64,000 bases of DNA from Candidatus Heimdallarchaeota archaeon. GTDB taxonomy: Archaea; Asgardarchaeota; Heimdallarchaeia; Hodarchaeales; Hodarchaeaceae. Below are positions 1 to 9,145 of the stretch, one piece after another. The DNA lies in contig JBHLSH010000009.1 of NCBI GenBank assembly GCA_048881705.1, forward strand, positions 8,466 through 72,465, given 5' to 3'. Position numbers and translations under genes: made by a program. Below the pieces are notes generated by a model, which made no database searches, was not told the origin of the DNA, and saw only the letters and a program-made list of their open reading frames with translations. Each line of letters begins with the position of its first letter. Position 1 is the first letter of the stretch.

Positions 1-692
1 GGAGTGGGAACCAAAAACTTAGGTTCATGATTAGTAGGTATCATTGCAACTTCAGGAATTTTCCCTTCAATGATCAGTTCTAGGCCATGTTCTGGAATCA
101 GATTACACGCATCCAACAATGCACGGTGAGTAAAATCAACCGCCTTGGGCTGGCCGGTAGTTCCGGATGTATATAGCTGAACTCCAAGATCTGATGGCGA
201 GACCGATATGTCAGGAACCGATGTTGAGGCATTTTGCAACAGGTCACTCCATATGAGTATGTCTTGTTTATCAAATGGCCTCTCATCCACGATAACACAA
301 GGAAAAGGATTTGTTTCCTTTGTTAATGCTTCTATGATATGATGGTAGAAATGAGAGCTTGTTACGCAGCCTTGTGGGCAACTTTTTCTAAAAATGTGAG
401 TGAGTTCTGAGTGAATAAAACGGGTACTTATTGGTGTCGGAACCATACCTGCACGTTGAGATCCATAAAACGTAATTAACCATTCAGGTCGATTCTCTAG
501 CATGATTAGGATATTCTTTCCTCGTCCATCAGGAAAAAGATGAAGAAACATGTTTGCTACTTTTGATATTTCACGGTCAAGTGAAGCCCACGTCCAATGG
601 GATCTGCCATACGTGACTGCAAGTTGATCAGCGTAATCACGGCCATTTATCGTGAGGAGGTCACTAAAAATTCGGGGAAAATCCTCCATCAT
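1..692 (-). CDS. AMP-binding acyl-CoA synthetase/ligase, 3'-truncated by the window edge
   Basis: Not in the ORF track. Manual translation from ATG at 692 gives MMEDFPRIFSDLLTING...DLGVQLYTSGTTGQPKAVDFTH, containing the ANL-family YTSGTTGxPK motif; the frame is open to base 1. Confidence 0.9.
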   Translation of the reverse strand, partial: MMEDFPRIFSDLLTINGRDYADQLAVTYGRSHWTWASLDREISKVANMFLHLFPDGRGKNILIMLENRPEWLITFYGSQRAGMVPTPISTRFIHSELTHIFRKSCPQGCVTSSHFYHHIIEALTKETNPFPCVIVDERPFDKQDILIWSDLLQNASTSVPDISVSPSDLGVQLYTSGTTGQPKAVDFTHRALLDACNLIPEHGLELIIEGKIPEVAMIPTNHEPKFLVPT

Positions 693-702
693 GAGAACAT
701 CA

Positions 703-1044
703 TCATTTCATGAGGGCCTGAAGTTTCAACAAGTCATTCATGGGTCCTTTTGCTTTTATTTTTCCTCCCATAAATGCTCGGGTCGGACTAATCTCGCCCG
801 CCATCACGCCCATGATTGTATCTGTGGTGGTTGTGATTCCGAGATCGGCATTATCTGCAATCCCTTCTTGAATGGATGCCGTTCCACCCTGGAAGACAAT
901 ATGGCAATTCGCGTCTTCCAAGTCTGTAAAACTAAACTGGAGCGTTTTATTGAAATCGGCAAATCGCGATTGATACTTCGGGTCGTCCATCTTAGATGTC
1001 ATTTTTGCTAAGGAATCCATAACTTCTTGCTTGGATGCTGGCAT
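703..1044 (-). CDS. SCP2 sterol/lipid-binding domain protein
   Basis: 113 aa with C-terminal AFMGGKIKAKGPMNDLLKL, typical of SCP2; lies inside a lipid catabolism operon. Confidence 0.85.
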   Translation of the reverse strand: MPASKQEVMDSLAKMTSKMDDPKYQSRFADFNKTLQFSFTDLEDANCHIVFQGGTASIQEGIADNADLGITTTTDTIMGVMAGEISPTRAFMGGKIKAKGPMNDLLKLQALMK

Positions 1045-1072
1045 GTCAATTCACCTGCTTGCTCTCGATTAG

Positions 1073-1831
1073 TTACTTTCCCTGCCATTCGGGGTCTCTT
1101 TTCTCCATCCATGCGGTAAAACCTTCGATGACATCATCAGAGTGGAATAGGGAGTAAAAGGGTTCCCACAACTGCCCAACCTCACGTATACCGCGACGTA
1201 AATATTCTTTGGTATAGTTTTGGGACAATGGAGCGCAAAGCTTGATCTCCTCACACAATTCGGTCACCGCTTTCTCTAGATCATCGTGAGGAACCACTTT
1301 ATTGATCAATCCCATCCGAAACGCCTCCTGCGCATCTATACTTTTCCCTGTGAATGTTAATTCTTTGATGTAACGCATGTTATACTCGTGAGCTCTTAGG
1401 ATGGCGAGACCTGACATAAGTCCCCTTCGGTTCTCTCGAAAGGCAAAAATCGCCTTATCAGATGCTACGACTAGATCACAGAACAGGGTTAACTCAAAAC
1501 CCCCCGCATAGGCGTACCCGTTTACTGCTGCGATGATGGGCTTGGGGTATCTCTGTAAAAGTTCGATTGGATCTAGAACCACACCTAAAAACTCTCCAAG
1601 TCCCTTAAATCCAATTTCACTCATCTCCTTGATATCTAATCCAGCTGAAAAAGCAGTTCCTTCTCCTGTAATTACTAATGCTCGAACGGAGTAATCATCC
1701 CAAGTTGATTCAAGGACATCCATTAATTCATGCCAAGTCTGCCGAGATAAGGCATTACGTACCTCTGGGCGATTGAATGCTATCCATCCAATCCCATTTT
1801 TTATTTCAAACTTTATACATTCGAAGGTCAT
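1073..1831 (-). CDS. Enoyl-CoA hydratase/isomerase (crotonase family)
   Basis: FNRPEVRNAL, FSAGLDI and PIIAAVNGYAYAGGFEL motifs. Confidence 0.93.
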   Translation of the reverse strand: MTFECIKFEIKNGIGWIAFNRPEVRNALSRQTWHELMDVLESTWDDYSVRALVITGEGTAFSAGLDIKEMSEIGFKGLGEFLGVVLDPIELLQRYPKPIIAAVNGYAYAGGFELTLFCDLVVASDKAIFAFRENRRGLMSGLAILRAHEYNMRYIKELTFTGKSIDAQEAFRMGLINKVVPHDDLEKAVTELCEEIKLCAPLSQNYTKEYLRRGIREVGQLWEPFYSLFHSDDVIEGFTAWMEKRDPEWQGK

Positions 1832-1857
1832 TATAATTTATCTCCATTTAACCAAAT

Positions 1858-3105
1858 TTAAGCTAAGTCATCTGGGGACACGCCACGAAGAACACGAGGC
1901 AGCAGGGAAGGATTGGGGCGTTTCCTAAATTCAGTTCGTCCTATAAAAAGTCTTAATATATCATTTCCACCCCCAGTAACTAATGTAAGCAATGCATTCT
2001 TAAGAATGGAAGCGGCCTGAAATTCTTCGGTATACCCATCACCTGAAAGAATGAATAGAACATCCTCTGCAATACGTATTAATGCTTCAGTAGAGAAAAT
2101 CTTGCAGGCAGCTGCATCAACGCCAAATTGAAACAAGTCTGCGTCTTCACTATCCAATTGCGCAGCCAATGTATATAGATAGGCTCGCGTTACCTTTAAT
2201 CTAATTGATGCATCCGCCATTCTGAGCTGGACGGCCTGCCACCGTGAAACCGCCTGACCGAACTGAACTCGTCGTCTTCCAAAGGCTCGGGCTGTTTCGA
2301 TCAGCTGACGAGCTTGGCCGACTGTTGCAGCAATCCCTAATCGTTCAATATTGAGGCCCGAAGTCATGACTGTCCAGCCATCCCCTTCGAACAATATCAT
2401 GTTGTCTTCTGGTATTAGTACATCCCGAAAGCGAATAACGCTGTTGTACATTTCTACATCCCCTGTAAGATCGTTGATTTTTTCAATTGTAATTCCAGGG
2501 GAATCTCGTGGAATGATGAATGCAGTTAAGTGAGAATGAGTGGCCCTTGCTTCCTCTGATGGATCCGTCAAAGTATAGACCATAAGGTAATCGGCCTTTG
2601 CTCCGAGTGTGATAAATCGTTTCCATCCATTAAGGAGATATTCATTGTCTCCCTGTTTTTTCGCACGAAGTTGGATGTTGGCTGCATCATTTCCTACGTC
2701 TGGTTCAGTTACACAAATGGCAGTCCACTTTTCTCCCTTAATCATAGGTACCAGAAATTTTTCTTTCTGTTCAGGCGATCCAAATAAATGAACGGGGCTT
2801 CCTCCAAAGACTGTCGTAAGTAATGGGTTGACGTTTAGAAAACATCTTCCAAATTCTTCATTAAGAATTGTATAGCCCGTGAATCCTTCATTTCGTCCTC
2901 CGTAATCCTCCCCCACCAGCATTGCCAGAGGATGGAATCCTTTATCCACCACGAATTTACTTAGATCCCATTGTACTTTCATTGCCTCTCGATAATCCAT
3001 TTTATCAGCTTGGGGTCGTAATTCTGAGTCTACAAATGCTTCCACTTCTGCCGCAAACTGCTTGTTTTTCTCAGTCCACCATGGAAAACCTTTCATTCGA
3101 TACAC
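1858..3105 (-). CDS. Acyl-CoA dehydrogenase
   Basis: ICVTEPDVGNDA, LNGWKRFITLG and RVQFGQAV motifs. The C-terminal catalytic Glu position reads TGGGND, while LNIERL carries the IVD/LCAD-type Glu. Confidence 0.93.
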   Translation of the reverse strand: MYRMKGFPWWTEKNKQFAAEVEAFVDSELRPQADKMDYREAMKVQWDLSKFVVDKGFHPLAMLVGEDYGGRNEGFTGYTILNEEFGRCFLNVNPLLTTVFGGSPVHLFGSPEQKEKFLVPMIKGEKWTAICVTEPDVGNDAANIQLRAKKQGDNEYLLNGWKRFITLGAKADYLMVYTLTDPSEEARATHSHLTAFIIPRDSPGITIEKINDLTGDVEMYNSVIRFRDVLIPEDNMILFEGDGWTVMTSGLNIERLGIAATVGQARQLIETARAFGRRRVQFGQAVSRWQAVQLRMADASIRLKVTRAYLYTLAAQLDSEDADLFQFGVDAAACKIFSTEALIRIAEDVLFILSGDGYTEEFQAASILKNALLTLVTGGGNDILRLFIGRTEFRKRPNPSLLPRVLRGVSPDDLA

Positions 3106-3122
3106 CTTTTGTAAACAATGGG

Positions 3123-3395
3123 TTAAATACCATACCGCAACTTAACATTTCCGAATTTGTTAAGGCCATCCACCGTGATTTTTGCTAATTTGATTTTTCC
3201 TCGGTAATCACTCCAAAGATGCACAAATCCCTCCTGTTGCAGTGTCTGGAGGGTTTCATCAAGTAAGGTATCCGATTCGATACCTAATTTCTCCATTATA
3301 TCCTCCCGTTCGCTATGAAGTGATTGAGAGTATTCAAATTCCCGTACCAGCAAATTTAAAATGGCTTCTTTGAGATCAGCTGACATAGCTATCAC
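3123..3395 (-). CDS. Small hypothetical protein, possibly winged-helix
   Basis: 90-aa ORF co-oriented with the operon; ...LQTLQQEGFV... followed by a beta-hairpin resembles a wHTH C-terminus. Confidence 0.55.
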   Translation of the reverse strand: MIAMSADLKEAILNLLVREFEYSQSLHSEREDIMEKLGIESDTLLDETLQTLQQEGFVHLWSDYRGKIKLAKITVDGLNKFGNVKLRYGI

Positions 3396-3723
3396 CGCCT
3401 CGTGATTGGAAATAACAAATCAATCTCGCTTATTAATATTTCTTCAATAGCAAGTGCATAACTACTTTACATTAGCATGCACTTGTTTACACTCCTAGGT
3501 CTTTTCCAACGCGCCATAAGGAGTACAGCTGTGTTTAGGTTTAAGCAGAACACAATTTTTATCTATGGATTAACCAGTCCGCCTTAAATGCATCATTGTA
3601 AACAAAAAACCAAGCTTAGCCAATATCAACAATAAGAAAACCCGATATTCCCATATCACAAACTTGTTGCCACGATTCATCCAACTGATCCAAGGAATGT
3701 TAATTCTCTTAGATCGTAGGAAA

Positions 3724-4296
3724 TCACGGTTTAATTTTTGAAATGTCGCCAATTGTACTGTAACTGCCAAAATCTAGAGAAATTATTGGATCCAATAGCT
3801 CATATCTCTTTTGATGATCTTTTGTATTGATAATATCTTCCCAAATGTGGGCGGCAACTATTTCACCAAATATAACGAACCCTGATCCCACTTGTGTCGT
3901 ACCATGAAGTATACACTCCAAATTCGCTCTACATTCCTCAATCAGAGGAGCATCTACTTTCGATGCTCCAGTCATGGTGAATCCAGTTTTTTTAATTCGG
4001 TCATCCCCTTCCCATCTTGTAGACTCGTACGCCCTTTCCCCAATGGAAGAATCAACTATATTTACTCCAAAACATTTTTTTATGAGTATATTTCGTTCCG
4101 TAGGACTCTTCTTCCTTCCAGAAAACATCAGGATCGATGGTTTCAAGGAAACCACGGATAAAAAACTCATCGGAGCAATATTTGGGGCGTGATTTTCATC
4201 ATATGTAGAAATAAGAGCCACGGGGCCTACGAGTAAATTCGGATTCCAATCTGCCCTGTTGACTCCATATTCCACCTTGGTAATTCCAGATCGCAT
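3724..4296 (-). CDS. Flavin reductase-like family protein (DIM6/NTAB)
   Basis: PVALISTYDE...NIAPMSF...TERNI...FGVNI...APLIEECRANLEC pattern. Confidence 0.88.
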   Translation of the reverse strand: MRSGITKVEYGVNRADWNPNLLVGPVALISTYDENHAPNIAPMSFLSVVSLKPSILMFSGRKKSPTERNILIKKCFGVNIVDSSIGERAYESTRWEGDDRIKKTGFTMTGASKVDAPLIEECRANLECILHGTTQVGSGFVIFGEIVAAHIWEDIINTKDHQKRYELLDPIISLDFGSYSTIGDISKIKP

Positions 4297-4438
4297 TTTA
4301 TGTCTAACCTTGGTTTATTTTCTCTATTTTATCAACTAAAACTCGATAATCCTCGTTGAAAACCCTGTACCTTTAATGATGACCAGTTCAATCGAATTGG
4401 TGAACTTCCTAAGAACCTTGTTTGGAAAAGAAGATCAT

Positions 4439-5065
4439 TTACCGTCCACCAGGGTTTATTGGGGCTTGCTCCCATTCACGGAGAAATTCCATGGATTGAC
4501 GAGCTTGGTGTAGGACTGCAAATCGAGTGACCTGTCTCCCCAGCTCTTTCAATCGGTGGCCTATCGTAGGGTCCTTTAGGTTTCCCATATCATCGAACTG
4601 CTTATAGGCAGAGGGGATAGACACTTGTAGAGGAACCACCCAGGCATGCACCTGTCTACCAACCGAACGGAGCCCGTCCAAAGCGAGAGTGGATCCCATT
4701 GACCCACCAGCTATCCCAACAAGCCCTACCATCTTAGATTCGAATTCATCAAATCCCATGAGATCGAGTGCGTTTTTGAGTACTCCGCTGAAGGTCCCGT
4801 GATAGTCAGGGGTCCCAAGAATAATTCCTTCTGCTTCTCGTACCTCATGACGAAGTTTAAAGACATCTTCGGGCAGATCACTGCTGTTCTCATACTGCTT
4901 GCAGAAAGGTAGATTGTAGTAACGGAGATCGATAAGATGGATCTCTGCTCCCAGCTCCTCAGCACCCTCTAAGGCAATTTGCAATGCCATTCGGGTGTAA
5001 CTCTTTGATCTAAGACTGCCACAGATAGCAACAACCTTGACACTCTCTCGTGATGAAATAGACAC
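4439..5065 (-). CDS. NADPH-dependent FMN reductase (flavodoxin fold)
   Basis: ICGSLRSKSYT and TPDYHGTFSGVLKNALD motifs. Confidence 0.92.
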   Translation of the reverse strand: MSISSRESVKVVAICGSLRSKSYTRMALQIALEGAEELGAEIHLIDLRYYNLPFCKQYENSSDLPEDVFKLRHEVREAEGIILGTPDYHGTFSGVLKNALDLMGFDEFESKMVGLVGIAGGSMGSTLALDGLRSVGRQVHAWVVPLQVSIPSAYKQFDDMGNLKDPTIGHRLKELGRQVTRFAVLHQARQSMEFLREWEQAPINPGGR

Positions 5066-5109
5066 TTCGACACCGTCCTACTGTTCTTAGACGTCAACAA
5101 TATATTGTT

Positions 5110-5579
5110 TCAAAAAGTAATTCTAAATCCATCATCCTTTTTTCGCAACTTAAGGATACCGTTCTGAAAACCCTTCCTAACCAGGTAATTTATAGCACTT
5201 AGGACTGGCTCATATTGGTACTTGCCTTCCTGCCTCATCGAGGCGGCCTGTCCATGGACAGATCTTGCCCTCTCTTCACAGGCTGTTAACGTCTTTGCGG
5301 AAGTCTCGGTAACGAGAATAAGTGAAGTGATTTGAGAGGGGCCAAAACAATGGAAATAGCCCAACCTTCTTCAGGTGATTCGTTTCAGAAATGGGCTTCG
5401 AGAGCCTATTCACGTCGTTTCATAATATAATTCAGCAGGTTTTTGATGGATAGCTCTTCTATCTCCTCGGCGGCTAATTTTGACTGGACATCATAAGGAT
5501 GAAAGGATAGAAACCTTATAACTTCCTGGATAGAAAGAGAGGGCCTTTTTTGTTCCTCTGTGGCCGAAAAGTCCAACAA
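5110..5579 (-). pseudogene. Probable degraded hypothetical gene
   Basis: TTG at 5579 gives a 57-aa ORF ending in TAG at 5406-5408. The same frame continues as protein-like sequence through further in-frame TGA stops, then appears to shift into the 5110-5364 ORF tail. Confidence 0.4.
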
Positions 5580-5683
5580 TACCTTTCAGTATAATCTAAT
5601 GCCGTTTGTTATAAGCACAAGAGCTTTCGAAAATTTCCGAATTCAGAGCCCGTCATCTGATACAGAAAGGTATGTGTCTTATT

Positions 5684-6172
5684 CTAAGCTAATTCCTGCT
5701 GAAGCCAGAGTGTATGGATTATGGCTAATCCAAAGATTGAAACTCCGAGTGTTAAGTGAATAGCGCCAATTAGCACATTTTCCAATTGTGTCAAGATCAC
5801 CAGGCCTCCTACTATTATTTCTCCTATCAATAAAACGCTGATCAATACGACTAGCTTGAACAGGCGAGGAACCTCATCACGAAAGTTATATGAAAAGAGA
5901 AATGTGAGTCCGACGGTTATCGATAATGTACCTGCTATTATTCTATGGCCGTATTCACCAACCAAGTGAGATATGGGAGTATTAGGGGCATCAAAAGGAA
6001 TAATCTGACCATGACACAATGGCCAATCTGGGCAGCCCAATCCGCCTCCAATTGCTTTAGTAATATTGCCCCAAATCATTAAAATGAGAGTTACAACAGG
6101 TATCACGTAAGAGAGCTTTTGATAATAACTTTTATTGCCAAGTATGCTCCTAAAATCCATTATTCCACCCAT
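5684..6172 (-). CDS. ctaA: Heme A synthase, compact single-module COX15/CtaA
   Basis: GLGCPDWPLCHG, EYGHR and a C-terminal AIHL; about 4 hydrophobic helices; 162 aa. Confidence 0.85.
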   Translation of the reverse strand: MGGIMDFRSILGNKSYYQKLSYVIPVVTLILMIWGNITKAIGGGLGCPDWPLCHGQIIPFDAPNTPISHLVGEYGHRIIAGTLSITVGLTFLFSYNFRDEVPRLFKLVVLISVLLIGEIIVGGLVILTQLENVLIGAIHLTLGVSIFGLAIIHTLWLQQELA

Positions 6173-6339
6173 TGGTGCTATCTAAACGCTATATAAAATT
6201 AATGTTCCTCGATTTACGTTCAGAATGAACGCCCGCGAATAGGGCAGATTTTCAAATATTACCCGTTTTAAAGCATAGAACAAAGATAGGCTAGGTATAT
6301 CGAAATTTTTCTGACTGAATCATCAAGGAATGGAAATCA

Positions 6340-6750
6340 TTGAACTTAAAGATTTTCGCCATTGAAACCTTTGAAATCGCGGAATGGAATGTCCTAAAAG
6401 CTATATACAGGTTAAAGCCAAGGGATTTTGAAAAACAGATAACATCAAATCTAAATCCAAATCAATTCCTTGAATTCTATTAAACTGGCATTGACTACAG
6501 GAAGAACCTGCCAGAAGATAAGTTTATGGAATTGCCAGTGTATAATACTAAAGAAAATGCAGAAACAATGGCTGAATTGATACAAAGGATTTTTCTTCAC
6601 TTCCTGGGTCACACTGGACAGATTTACCAAGTTAAAAGAGAATTAGGGAAGGGAGGTACATTTGTCATGGGAATAAAGAAGAAAAATCGGGACGATAGCA
6701 GAGCCAAATGGTTTTCTTGGTGGAACACTAACAAGGATAATTACCTTTGA
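6340..6750 (+). pseudogene. DinB-family pseudogene with an in-frame TAA
   Basis: TTG at 6340 reads 47 codons to TAA (6481-6483). The same frame continues into the 6526-6750 ORF carrying a DinB-like HFLGHTGQI motif. Confidence 0.5.
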
Positions 6751-6946
6751 TCTGAAATACCGAATCATATACGCTTTCATAAAATCATCGAGAGCCAATA
6801 TCAGGAGGAATATAGAAAAAATTACAGATTCTGAGTTGGACGATAAAATTACCAATCTTAAGAGCTCTATTATTCAGTTAAAGGAGTTTAAAATGTAAAA
6901 GGACTGAAGGAAGAAAAAAGGGCTAAAAAAAAGTTACTAAGGTACC

Positions 6947-7276
6947 TCAAACTACTGGATCCCTTTCTAGAGGTTTCCAGAGATATTTTTTGAAATCAAT
7001 TCTGTCCTTTTCATTGAATACAATTCCTTCAGCTTCCAACATGGCTTTCTGCTCTTCATATCCATGGTTATGTGGCAATGAGATTCTTCCTTTGCTATTA
7101 ATAACACGATGCCAGGGTAGGTCATCTTTTCGTGAGGATGAATGCAAAATCCAAGCCACTTGTCGGGAACCCCGTGGATTACCCGCATATGTGGCAATCT
7201 GGCCATAGGTAGCTATAAAGCCTGCAGGGATACTCTTGATCAAATTTTTAACCTGCTGCGTGAATGTAGTACTCAT
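6947..7276 (-). CDS. Alkyltransferase-like (ATL) MGMT-family protein
   Basis: IPAGFIATYGQIA...PWHRVINSKG; Trp replaces the catalytic Cys of PCHRV. Confidence 0.9.
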   Translation of the reverse strand: MSTTFTQQVKNLIKSIPAGFIATYGQIATYAGNPRGSRQVAWILHSSSRKDDLPWHRVINSKGRISLPHNHGYEEQKAMLEAEGIVFNEKDRIDFKKYLWKPLERDPVV

Positions 7277-7294
7277 AAAAAACCTCTATTAGTA

Positions 7295-9145
7295 TTAGGG
7301 CCTTCTAACGTATCTGTTCGCGATTCTTCGGAGACTAATATCACGCAGGAGATGATATTGACGGAGTTTTTCGATACTTGCTGGTGAAAACGCTGAGAGA
7401 GGTATGTAGACAATGCGTTTTCCCTGTTTTCCTGCATATGCCTGTACATGTCTGGAAGGTGAATCTTTCGCTACGTACACAACTAGCTTTTCTCTTGCCC
7501 ATGAAATACCATTTAGCAGTAGAACATCAGGAGGACGTTCCGAACTAAATTCTGGATGAATTCTGATTCCTCGAGGTGGAAATACTGAAGTACACCCTCC
7601 TATCTCTACCCGTGAGATACCTGGACCGACAAGTTGTTCTCCAGGCGCGGTAGAATAGAGGAGAAGATCGGATTCTCGGGAATGTTCAGCATACAGGATT
7701 TCCCAAAATGGATATTTGCTAATTTGAGGATCAAACACGATTACAACAACATCTGTGGTTCCTGGAAATGGAGGGAACTCTCGGACATACAGTTTTCCAG
7801 TATGAACGTTTCGGATCGTTTCTCGATAATCTATTCCATCTAGTAGTGACGAGGTAAACTCAAAGGTCCTGGTTTTTTCAGTGGTTACCGTTCGTTTTGC
7901 CTTCCGACGAACAAAGTCGAAATATCCTTCATGATACTGCTCATCGGGCACATGCCCCCATAATCCACCCCCTATATCCCAGATCTCCCGCCATTGACCT
8001 GGGTAATCTTCTTTGGGACGTTCACGAAGCCATCGATGGATATCTGCCTCGTGATGAGTGAATAATCGAGGTAAATGACGGCGGAGGCGAATGGTTTCCC
8101 CATCCAGGAGCCCAAAAGTTGGTTGGATGTCCATGAGGGGGAGATCGCTCGGTGGGGAATCATTTGGGGGAAATTTTTTCCCAGAAGTGTAAACGTCCCA
8201 AGCGTAGTCATCCGAAACGCAGGCCTTTGCAGCTCGGATGATTTCCATGAAATCAGGAAAATACAAGTCTTTTACTAGAGCGAGATTTCGAGAATACTGC
8301 ATTAAGAGTTTGTACTGCGTCACGCTGAGCTTTTGACCAGTGAAATCATTGTATGAAAGTTCTGCATCTTTGTATAGATCGCGCAATGCCAAACCCTTTG
8401 AGAATTGATCCTTTTGCTTCGTATAAAGCCAAGTGAAAAGGGGAATTTCCCCAAGGATTCGAGACAAGGAATCTGGAGTCGGTATAGCTAGTTTGACGGC
8501 ATTTAAATCAAATCGGAACTGTTTTGGGGTTAATGGTATTTTTTGCGTTGGCTGTTCTAGCCAGCTGACGATATGTTGCCAATGGGCAATACCTCCCACC
8601 CATAGTACTCGTTCTGCTGTGTCCATGAGTTCATAAAGACGATGAGCCATCACAGCTTCACGAGTCTTATCTAACGACGATCGAGTGTAGTTAGAGAGTG
8701 TAGGTTTAATGAGATCAATAAACTGGGTTAATTTAAGGGAATTCAAAGTATACGGGTCTGGGAATGGTGAAAAAGGAGCTGGGGCCGCCGAATCGATTAG
8801 CATATCAATAAAATACGTGTGAATATCATTTTCCTCCGCTAGTCGAAGCGCTTCTACCATTGAATCGCAGGGATCGATGGGTAAAAAGGTGGTCATCCCT
8901 CCTTGAGGCAATAAATTAGGGAAGAGTAGGACTGTTACCACAGGTAACCGTTTAATTCCATTTAAAAATGTGTCACGGATAAACGGGGGGAGTTCCACCG
9001 CAATGACATCGGGAACTATCTCGAAGAAAGCTTGTCGAACCTTTAGCGCAAATTCCACTGAGAAATGAGCAGATGGCACACCATAAAGATTTTCATACTG
9101 TAAATAGTCTTGATCAGCCATTAAACTTTCCTGCTTCCTGTTCAC
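7295..9145 (-). CDS. Conserved AAA-partner protein: N-terminal TraB/TIKI-like domain, C-terminal degenerate vWA-like region
   Basis: H...PDVIAVELP...REAVMA...VGGIAHW in the N-terminal half; IDYRETIRN followed by VVVIVFD in the C-terminal half; overlaps the upstream ATPase. Confidence 0.6.
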   Translation of the reverse strand: MNRKQESLMADQDYLQYENLYGVPSAHFSVEFALKVRQAFFEIVPDVIAVELPPFIRDTFLNGIKRLPVVTVLLFPNLLPQGGMTTFLPIDPCDSMVEALRLAEENDIHTYFIDMLIDSAAPAPFSPFPDPYTLNSLKLTQFIDLIKPTLSNYTRSSLDKTREAVMAHRLYELMDTAERVLWVGGIAHWQHIVSWLEQPTQKIPLTPKQFRFDLNAVKLAIPTPDSLSRILGEIPLFTWLYTKQKDQFSKGLALRDLYKDAELSYNDFTGQKLSVTQYKLLMQYSRNLALVKDLYFPDFMEIIRAAKACVSDDYAWDVYTSGKKFPPNDSPPSDLPLMDIQPTFGLLDGETIRLRRHLPRLFTHHEADIHRWLRERPKEDYPGQWREIWDIGGGLWGHVPDEQYHEGYFDFVRRKAKRTVTTEKTRTFEFTSSLLDGIDYRETIRNVHTGKLYVREFPPFPGTTDVVVIVFDPQISKYPFWEILYAEHSRESDLLLYSTAPGEQLVGPGISRVEIGGCTSVFPPRGIRIHPEFSSERPPDVLLLNGISWAREKLVVYVAKDSPSRHVQAYAGKQGKRIVYIPLSAFSPASIEKLRQYHLLRDISLRRIANRYVRRP

